From a virus (lineage: Duplodnaviria > Caudoviricetes), in the IMG/VR virus record IMGVR_UViG_3300048686_000814, positions 1-54,084 of that record: DNA of 54,084 nucleotides; one strand, given 5' to 3'. Shown here one piece after another: positions 48,125 through 54,084 of the stretch. A program made the translations under genes and the position numbers. Numbering within the stretch: position 1 is the first letter of the stretch; each line of letters starts with the position of its first letter. The notes below the pieces were generated by a model that saw nothing but the letters and a program-made list of their open reading frames with translations, was not told the origin of the DNA and searched no databases.

Positions 48125-48167
48125 AAAACCTCCGTGTGTATTTGCCAGTTTTTAACTAGACTGGCAA

Positions 48168-48356
48168 CTAGTTTTTTACATCTTTCCTGGTTTCTTCTTT
48201 CCTGGTTTCTTCATTGGTTTGTAGCTCATTTGTAGGTTTCCTTTTTCTAGCGTGGATTGCTCGTTCTGCTGCTTCACAACTAGCAAGTGTGTCAAATTGA
48301 CAATTGCCCTTTTCTCCATACTTCCACTTACCATTACTACACTTATAACAAGGCAT
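48168..48356 (-). CDS. Small Cys-containing hypothetical protein
   Basis: MPCYKCSNGKWKYG..G.C.FDT...C..A..AIH. Confidence 0.6.
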   Translation of the reverse strand: MPCYKCSNGKWKYGEKGNCQFDTLASCEAAERAIHARKRKPTNELQTNEETRKEETRKDVKN

Positions 48357-48670
48357 TATAGTGCCTCTATTTTAGTTAATGTACTAACTTTATGCCCTAC
48401 AATAGTATCAGTTGGTTTATACTTGCCACTATCATCAGGTCTATACACACGGATAAGTGCGCCTGGATCTTCTTTAGTACCTGTAATCTTAAAACTGCTG
48501 CCAGGTACGTCAACACTGCCACTGGTAATTACTCTAGTAACCTTACCACGTGCAGTGCCTCCACTACTATTCCAGCTAACACTATCACCTCGTTTTACAC
48601 TTCCAGCTTTGGCTTTTTGAATAGCCGCAAGCATGCTTGTATAAAACTCTAGTTCATAAATTTTATCCAT
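48356..48670 (-). CDS. Tudor/SH3-like (DUF2945/Hva1-like) domain protein
   Basis: GDSVSWNSSGG..RGKV..GTKEDP..VGHKVSTL; SD ggagga. Confidence 0.7.
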   Translation of the reverse strand: MDKIYELEFYTSMLAAIQKAKAGSVKRGDSVSWNSSGGTARGKVTRVITSGSVDVPGSSFKITGTKEDPGALIRVYRPDDSGKYKPTDTIVGHKVSTLTKIEAL

Positions 48671-48679
48671 TATAGTCCT

Positions 48680-48868
48680 CCATATTGGGGTGCCCTCTGT
48701 TTACTGCCTAGGCCGCTAAGCCCGTGCCCTAAACTTACATAGTTTCATGACGACTTGCTATACTTTAGGGTCAGACACGACTACTAGCTACTATTCCGGT
48801 CTTTGCTAGTAATAGACTCTGCAATGTTCCGGATGTTCCGGCTACGAGCAAAGAGCACCACAATATGG
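48680..48868 (-). ncRNA. Candidate structured RNA of unknown class (189 nt)
   Basis: Closing stem CCAUAUUG-U-GGUGCUCUUUG / CAGAGGGCACC-C-CAAUAUGG encloses 3-4 hairpins; G-U pairs favour the minus strand. Confidence 0.65.
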
Positions 48869-48869
48869 C

Positions 48870-49025
48870 CTATTTTAAGTAGGCCTCTGTGACTTGGTTA
48901 TATGCTTCAACAAAGTCACTATAACTGCAACTAGTATCTATATACACTAAACTAAATAGTTTTTCTTTATTTATGTTCATGTCATTGGCTAAATGCCAGC
49001 AAATACTGTGCAGTATTTCGTACAT
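48870..49025 (-). CDS. 51-aa ORF, absent from the ORF track
   Basis: TAATG-coupled to uvsE; MYEILHSICWHLANDMNINKKKLFSLVYIDTSCSYSDFVEAYNQVTEAYLK. Confidence 0.5.
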   Translation of the reverse strand: MYEILHSICWHLANDMNINKEKLFSLVYIDTSCSYSDFVEAYNQVTEAYLK

Positions 49026-50035
49026 TATAGGTAGTCCTTTACAAACTTACTACTAGCTAGATTTTTTTGCTTACTCTCACACATAATATCTGCCCATTCA
49101 TTATGACTTGCAGCCCAGTTATTTACTCGGTCATTCCAGTAGTAATCACTATGTGCTCGCAGTTTAGCTGACGTAAAACCCATGCTTGTAAGTAGTTTGT
49201 AGTCGGGCAGTTCATCTCTTGCATGTTCGACAAGCACATCTTCTCTGGATACTGAATAGTGTATAACTGGTCTAATACCTCTCCACGAATCTTTAACCAC
49301 TCTGATTCGCTTATCGTCTGGTTCAATGTATTCTCCCTTGCTGTAAATCCAGTGGTGATGTATATCTAAAACTAAGGCACAGTGATCTACTAACTCTAAG
49401 CTATGCTCTAGGCCCCAGGTATACTCGGCGTTTTCGATTGTTAATATATTACGTGCTTCTGGGCTTAATTTATTACACGCTTGTATAATTCCTGCTGGCC
49501 CACGCTTGCCGCCAATATGAACATTACACTTAAAGTCTTGAAACTTCCTGCCATAGCCCATATAGCGGGCGATGTCAGTATGATACTCAAACTCAGTAAT
49601 GCTGTTGTCAACAATTCCATCATTTTCACTTGCCAATACACAAAATTGTCCTGGATGAAAGCTAAGACGTACGTCTCGGCCACGTGCAATATCACCTACT
49701 TTAGCAAGGTGTGTTTCTAGGTACTTTACTACATCACTTTCAAAATAAAACCACATCCAGTCTTCGTGTGTATAAGCTGGAAATAAATCACTACTCAATC
49801 TAAACTGACGCTGATCTCTAGGCAGGCTACCAACCCACTCTACCTGTCGCTTCAGAGTTTCGCAGTTGTGATGTATAATTGTCCATATCTTTTCTACTGC
49901 TTTATCCCTAGTCTGACGATTAAGATATGTTAATGTAGTTGTAGTTGTATTTAATTTTTTGTCCGCTTTGTCATGTGCATTTTGAATCTTGCAGGCAAAG
50001 CCAACGCGTTTAATACTATTATCAAATGTGTGCAT
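49025..50035 (-). CDS. uvsE: UV-damage endonuclease UvsE
   Basis: RVGFACK, FRLSSDLFP, RLSFHPGQF.VLAS, NVH, TIEN, LVLDIHHHW, HYS, AHSD, DIMCESK.KN. Confidence 0.93.
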   Translation of the reverse strand: MHTFDNSIKRVGFACKIQNAHDKADKKLNTTTTTLTYLNRQTRDKAVEKIWTIIHHNCETLKRQVEWVGSLPRDQRQFRLSSDLFPAYTHEDWMWFYFESDVVKYLETHLAKVGDIARGRDVRLSFHPGQFCVLASENDGIVDNSITEFEYHTDIARYMGYGRKFQDFKCNVHIGGKRGPAGIIQACNKLSPEARNILTIENAEYTWGLEHSLELVDHCALVLDIHHHWIYSKGEYIEPDDKRIRVVKDSWRGIRPVIHYSVSREDVLVEHARDELPDYKLLTSMGFTSAKLRAHSDYYWNDRVNNWAASHNEWADIMCESKQKNLASSKFVKDYL

Positions 50036-50036
50036 A

Positions 50037-50198
50037 TTATTGTGGCCAACGATTAATTGGACACCTATTAGTAATTCGTTTATTATAAATTGCTACTATT
50101 TTTTCTGTTTGCTGACATGTATCCATTATACGGTTGTAACTAGTACAATTTCTGCATATTTTAGTACGTACGTCATAGAGTGTTTGTTGTTGTTCCAT
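50037..50198 (-). CDS. 53-aa Cys-rich protein (DUF6171-like), absent from the ORF track
   Basis: MEQQQTLYDVRTKICRNCTSYNRIMDTCQQTEKIVAIYNKRITNRCPINRWPQ. Confidence 0.65.
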   Translation of the reverse strand: MEQQQTLYDVRTKICRNCTSYNRIMDTCQQTEKIVAIYNKRITNRCPINRWPQ

Positions 50199-50224
50199 TA
50201 CCCAGGCATCTATTTATAAAATAT

Positions 50225-50431
50225 TCACGGTTCTTGTGCCCATTTATTAAGTGGACATGTAGAATTTTTAAAGCTAACTTTTACAGGCATAAAACAACCA
50301 CATTGTCCACACACAAACATTTTATAGTATTTACATTCTTTGCAAATTTTGATTCTGCGTTGAGCAAATGATTTCTCGGGATCGGCACTAGGATTAAATT
50401 TTTGTGCTGACATATTATTTAATTGATACAA
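50225..50431 (-). CDS. Cys-rich DUF6171-like protein
   Basis: RIKICKEC..CGQCGCFM..K..CPLNKW. Confidence 0.7.
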   Translation of the reverse strand: MYQLNNMSAQKFNPSADPEKSFAQRRIKICKECKYYKMFVCGQCGCFMPVKVSFKNSTCPLNKWAQEP

Positions 50432-50600
50432 TAGTTTCTTGTTCTATCATTTTTATTATATCCTTAGTTAGCTTATACTCACGCTCAATCCATACTAACT
50501 TTTCAGTAATGATTTCAAGTTGTTCGCGGTAGTAAGCTAACTCTTTTTCCTTCTGTTCTTTAATAGCATAAACATCTTGTAGCAGTACGATTTTAGTCAT
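50415..50600 (-). CDS. Small coiled-coil protein
   Basis: KEKELAYY..QL..I pattern; ATGA coupling. Confidence 0.65.
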   Translation of the reverse strand: MTKIVLLQDVYAIKEQKEKELAYYREQLEIITEKLVWIEREYKLTKDIIKMIEQETIVSIK

Positions 50601-50800
50601 CGTTTAATATCTGCCTTATAGTTACGTAAATATTCAGCATCTAGTGATGCATAATCACGAAACTTATCTTTACCGTATGTATCATAGGTTTTATTGGCAA
50701 TTTGTTCAAGACTTAGTAAGTTTTCAATAGTAATACTAGGTACTTTAGTAAATCGCCACAGATAAGCATCAATTAAAAATTCGCGCGTATATCCAGCCAT
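50597..50800 (-). CDS. Hypothetical protein
   Basis: SD aggag; MAGYTREFLIDAY..YD..GKDKFR..SLDA. Confidence 0.7.
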   Translation of the reverse strand: MAGYTREFLIDAYLWRFTKVPSITIENLLSLEQIANKTYDTYGKDKFRDYASLDAEYLRNYKADIKR

Positions 50801-50824
50801 GTTAAACTCCTAGAATAGATAACT

Positions 50825-50853
50825 ATTATAGCAGTTTTAATATCATTTATCAA
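50825..50853 (-). promoter_or_regulatory. Sigma70-type promoter
   Basis: TTGATA-N17-TATAAT with extended TG. Confidence 0.8.
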
Positions 50854-50901
50854 GATAATAATTATTGTTGTCCTAAAAGTGTCAACAAAGTTCGGACAAA
50901 T

Positions 50902-51135
50902 TTATAAGCCAATTAATTTAACACAGTAGCTGCAAATAGGATTGTCATCTAAGTCTGGCACTAGTGATTTAGACCATACATTGCAGTGTGTACACTGATC
51001 TATTTGCTTGGTAAGTGTAGCTAAATCTACTTCGCTAATATCTACTCCAAGCTCTTGACAAACTTGAAGTAGATTTTTATGAGTTTTATGTAAATTATTT
51101 ACTAACTGTTGGTACATTTGGTTTATAACGATCAT
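50902..51135 (-). CDS. Zn-ribbon hypothetical protein
   Basis: CTHC..W..CSYC. Confidence 0.65.
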   Translation of the reverse strand: MIVINQMYQQLVNNLHKTHKNLLQVCQELGVDISEVDLATLTKQIDQCTHCNVWSKSLVPDLDDNPICSYCVKLIGL

Positions 51136-51775
51136 CCAGTTCGGGATGAGTTTTTTCGAATTCTAATAAAAACATGATGCAACAAGCTGCATGTGCAAGA
51201 TGGCTTAAGCCACTTTCAGGATCTTTGTCTTCACCATCATTGTATGCCATAATATGTCGCATTGCTGCGGCTAGTGGTCGTGACCAGGCAAAGCCATCAC
51301 GCCAATTGTGTGCATGATACTTATCAGCACCAAATTTTAATACTGCTGCTGTTTGTAAGAGTGCTTCTGTGCTTAATAGGTTAACAGGTAGTTTATCGCT
51401 GTCAAACTTCATAGCTGAACCAGTTTTTTCTTGGCTAGTAGATGAAACACTACCACCAGCACTACCGGTAACTACAAGGTTAGTCCAGTCAATGGGCTGG
51501 TATAAATGCTGTGGTTTAGGGTCTGTATTTGTAGTTATACTAATAGTCTGATTATTAGGAAGTATACTACTAATTGTAATTTTATCTTCTGCACCGCTTG
51601 TTGCCATTGTACTAAAATTCATATTATCAAAAACAGCTCCTTCATACCCTGGGTGATATGGAGCTTCTGCTACTAAACGTTTATTTTCTGCACTGTTAGC
51701 AGGCGGGATGTTTGTATTTGTGTTAAAAAATAAATTTAACTCTTGCTGTTGGGTAAATTCTTCGTGTTTGGGCAT
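51095..51775 (-). CDS. dATP/dGTP diphosphohydrolase-domain (DUF5664-like) protein with N-terminal extension
   Basis: KFDSDK..LL..VLKFGADKY..HNWR.G..AAMRH..GEDKDPESGLSHLAHAACC.MFL. Confidence 0.85.
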   Translation of the reverse strand: MPKHEEFTQQQELNLFFNTNTNIPPANSAENKRLVAEAPYHPGYEGAVFDNMNFSTMATSGAEDKITISSILPNNQTISITTNTDPKPQHLYQPIDWTNLVVTGSAGGSVSSTSQEKTGSAMKFDSDKLPVNLLSTEALLQTAAVLKFGADKYHAHNWRDGFAWSRPLAAAMRHIMAYNDGEDKDPESGLSHLAHAACCIMFLLEFEKTHPELDDRYKPNVPTVSK

Positions 51776-51781
51776 AATGGT

Positions 51782-51801
51782 AAAAGGGGGCTAATGCCCC
51801 C
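51782..51801 (-). terminator. Terminator after hsp20
   Basis: gggggc-atta-gccccc-tttt on the minus strand. Confidence 0.7.
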
Positions 51802-51805
51802 TAGA

Positions 51806-52207
51806 TTAGTTGATAGTAATAAGTTTAGGTTTTTTACTCTCAGGTACGCGCTGCTCTAAATAAATATTTAGCATACCATCCTTATATTCTGCATGTTTAA
51901 TTTTAATATGGTCTTGTATATATAAGCTCTTCTCAAAATTACGCATTGCCAATCCTCTATACAAGTATTGTCTACCTGCTTGCTCCGCTTTTTGACCGCG
52001 GATTGTCAATGTGTTCTCGTGAAGTTCCACAGTTAGCTCGTCCCTATTAAAACCAGCAGCTGCTAACTCTACAAGCCAATTGTCCTCATCAATTTTTACT
52101 ACATTGTGTGGCGGATAAGTTTTTGTGCTAGCGCGAACATTATCCAGTTGATTAAAGATTCTATCGAATCCAATAAGTGCGTGATTAACTAAATCTAATT
52201 GCGTCAT
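51806..52207 (-). CDS. hsp20: Small heat-shock protein (Hsp20/IbpA-like)
   Basis: IGFDRIF, YPPHN, ELAAAGF, YLYRGLA.R.F, DGML.I.L...PE.KKP; SD aaggag before ATG 52207. Confidence 0.93.
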   Translation of the reverse strand: MTQLDLVNHALIGFDRIFNQLDNVRASTKTYPPHNVVKIDEDNWLVELAAAGFNRDELTVELHENTLTIRGQKAEQAGRQYLYRGLAMRNFEKSLYIQDHIKIKHAEYKDGMLNIYLEQRVPESKKPKLITIN

Positions 52208-52210
52208 GTT

Positions 52211-52234
52211 ATCTCCTTTAAATTCAAGCAAGAT
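52211..52234 (-). promoter_or_regulatory. ROSE-like RNA thermometer hairpin
   Basis: AUCUU(G)CUU-GAAUUUA-AAGGAGAU: the UUGCU motif with a bulged G pairs with the SD. Confidence 0.65.
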
Positions 52235-52432
52235 TTAGGCAGGAGGAATATTTTACTAGCCGGCCCTCCCACTGCTAGCCTCTGATAAGAATTGAGAAAC
52301 CCTCAGTAAAGGGATTTTTAATCTCAGCATCTAGTTGTCCCAACGCTATTACTGTAGCCGTTTTTGATACTAGATTTTGACAAGTTGAGTTGTTTTTAAA
52401 ATATTCGTAGTCAACGGTCAAACACTACGTTT

Positions 52433-53047
52433 TTAAAGTTTTTCAAAAATATAATTGTCAGATAACTTAGTAATAAACTTATATTGGATACTATTCATAT
52501 ACTCAGTATATTCTGATTTATGCAACCAATTTTCAATAATTATTAGATTTGGTGAGTATTTTTTATTATCAAACCCCTGCAATACAGATAATTCCCAACC
52601 TTCAACATCAATAGATAGTACATCTATTTTTGATACGTTTGCAAATTCTAATACTTTATCTAAAGTTACTACCATAGTAGTAAATTTATACTGGATATTA
52701 TGTTTTGGTACACCTGGTAATTTAATATCTATTGCAGAAAAACTTACTCCGTCAACATCTCTTGAATAACTGTTATCGTTATTATAGTTTACTGTAAATT
52801 TTGATAAACCATTACTATCAGAACAAGCTACTCCATAAATTTCATTTCCAGCGTACATATGTTGAAGTACAAATTTAGGATTGGGATCAATGCCTATTAC
52901 TCTCCAACCAGTATCTCTAAAATGTTTAGAATTGCTTTTGAAAACTAGCGGTCCAATGCCTACATCTACAAATATTCCTTTATACTCTATATCTTGATAA
53001 TAGTTATTTCGTATAAACTCGTCTAAGTTATTTTCTGCGTACCACAT
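52433..53047 (-). CDS. FkbM-family methyltransferase
   Basis: FVDVG..SNS..F...GW....DPN; IDVLSIDVEGWE..VL.G; IIIEN. Confidence 0.85.
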   Translation of the reverse strand: MWYAENNLDEFIRNNYYQDIEYKGIFVDVGIGPLVFKSNSKHFRDTGWRVIGIDPNPKFVLQHMYAGNEIYGVACSDSNGLSKFTVNYNNDNSYSRDVDGVSFSAIDIKLPGVPKHNIQYKFTTMVVTLDKVLEFANVSKIDVLSIDVEGWELSVLQGFDNKKYSPNLIIIENWLHKSEYTEYMNSIQYKFITKLSDNYIFEKL

Positions 53048-53050
53048 AAG

Positions 53051-53281
53051 TTAATTTGTTATAAAAAGAAACGCCCCTAATAATATAATCATTATAGTAG
53101 GAACTGCCCAACTTACAAGCCATCCTAAATAGATAAATAGCAGTAGCCAAGTTAGGTGATATGTATTGAAAAACACTGGGTTCGCTATAAAGTTAAACGC
53201 CTTAGAACGTAACTCTGATGCCTGCTCCAAGTGCAGTTTCCTTAATGTCTTGCGTGCTCTTACTTGCACCAACGTTAGCAC
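53051..53281 (-). CDS. Small membrane protein (start uncertain)
   Basis: Hydrophobic C-terminal half fills the gap; the 5' part overlaps the OMP gene. Confidence 0.4.
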   Translation of the reverse strand: MLTLVQVRARKTLRKLHLEQASELRSKAFNFIANPVFFNTYHLTWLLLFIYLGWLVSWAVPTIMIILLGAFLFITN

Positions 53282-53741
53282 TTAATTGTTTTGTAATTGG
53301 CATGCTAACACCAATAAAAGTTACTGTTTGTTTTGGATTATGATCATCCCAATTTACGCGAGTTTTAGCTCCGCCATAGGCATATAATTTTCCTAGCGGC
53401 ATACCAGCACTAACTCCTAGTAATCCATATTGGAAACTACCGCTGCCATTAAACCCTAAGTCATGACCTACGCCAACAAAAGGACTTAATGCACCAAATT
53501 GTTTACCAGCAGTAAGCTCTACACTATGTACCATGCCGCCACGATCAAAACTAGCTGTACGAGCTTGCATCATTGTATTAAATCCAGCTACTGTTCCGCC
53601 AGCACGAATATAGTGTGCTTGACTATCGCTGCCGCCTTTGGAATCATTCTTTACATTATCTAGATCATAACTAATCCAGGCAGCATTAGCTGTTGAAGTT
53701 AAACCTAATGCAATTGCGGCTGTTAAAATTGTTTTTTTCAA
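53202..53741 (-). CDS. Outer-membrane beta-barrel protein
   Basis: Signal peptide (ANA|A), alternating amphipathic beta strands, C-terminal BAM signal GIRVTF. Confidence 0.78.
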   Translation of the reverse strand: MKKTILTAAIALGLTSTANAAWISYDLDNVKNDSKGGSDSQAHYIRAGGTVAGFNTMMQARTASFDRGGMVHSVELTAGKQFGALSPFVGVGHDLGFNGSGSFQYGLLGVSAGMPLGKLYAYGGAKTRVNWDDHNPKQTVTFIGVSMPITKQLSANVGASKSTQDIKETALGAGIRVTF

Positions 53742-53773
53742 TTGAAGTTCCTTGAAATTGTTACGGAATTAAT

Positions 53774-53802
53774 ATTATAGCAAACAAAATAAAAATTTTC
53801 AA
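53774..53802 (-). promoter_or_regulatory. Sigma70-type promoter
   Basis: TTGAAA-N17-TATAAT with extended TG. Confidence 0.75.
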
Positions 53803-53996
53803 GATAAATTTTTTCTGGGTTTCAGCAATGCCCCAGGATCGCGTTTTTCTTTAACTTCGCCTAATATACTATAGTCAATGTCTTTCTTAGCTAATGGACT
53901 AAAAGGGAATTTTTTGCAGTAGTCCTCATAAACTGGTAATAAAGTATTAACTATTAAATATTCTAATTCCGCTGTGTAGTTAATAATTTTAGACAT
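53799..53996 (-). CDS. Hypothetical protein
   Basis: SD ggagg; YTAELEYLIVNTLLPVY. Confidence 0.65.
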   Translation of the reverse strand: MSKIINYTAELEYLIVNTLLPVYEDYCKKFPFSPLAKKDIDYSILGEVKEKRDPGALLKPRKNLS

Positions 53997-54016
53997 TTTA
54001 TTCCTCCATTCACTAT

Positions 54017-54045
54017 ATTATAGCAGCTGGGCAAACTTTTGTCTA
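54017..54045 (-). promoter_or_regulatory. Sigma70-type promoter
   Basis: TAGACA-N17-TATAAT with extended TG. Confidence 0.75.
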
Positions 54046-54084
54046 GTAGAATTTTTTGCATGTCTTTATTACCAGTTTATGAGG

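Noticed and set aside
48780-48825. SRP helix 8 (GACCGGAA..AGUAGC) or group I intron R/S-like words within the 189-nt RNA
   Set aside because: The SRP CAGG/AGCA internal loop and a pairable P7 are both missing.
48867-48885. Hairpin GGCCUA-CUUAAAA-UAGGCC resembling a Leu anticodon arm
   Set aside because: No D or T arm, and it is the 3' end of a plausible 51-aa ORF.
52208-52292. SAM-I riboswitch resemblance (CUUAUCAGAG..GAGGG..GAUAA)
   Set aside because: Lacks the GCAAC/GUGC P3 core and the kink-turn; the hsp20 context fits a ROSE thermometer better.

Overview
This 54-kb window is an AT-rich fragment of a lytic T5-like (Demerecviridae-related) tailed phage genome. The likely host is a Betaproteobacterium, inferred from the tmRNA tag ANDEVFALAA. 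The + strand (1-17172) carries collagen-like and repeat tail-fibre genes and a spanin/GH19 lysis cassette. After these comes a long run of secreted and membrane proteins ending in PhoH and a class III nucleotidyl cyclase. The - strand (17190-54084) carries the T5-type replication core (NrdJ, dUTPase, D15, D14, D13, D12, D11, D10, Pol A, primase, helicase, D5, split NAD-ligase, D3) and an inserted FkbM/TPR/oxygenase island. It also carries an accessory region with 8 tRNAs, AhpC/AhpD, UvsE, Hsp20, an outer-membrane barrel and many small ORFs. Ten sigma70-type promoters are spread across the - strand. The main features missing from, or misread by, the ORF track are: a circularly permuted two-piece tmRNA (~42915-43235); an unrecognised 189-nt multi-stem RNA (48680-48868); a ROSE-like thermometer before hsp20; an orphan MbcA/ParS-type antitoxin domain between tRNAs; and a nucleotidyl cyclase with non-canonical specificity residues. 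All family assignments come from motif recognition by eye; no database searches or folding programs were run.
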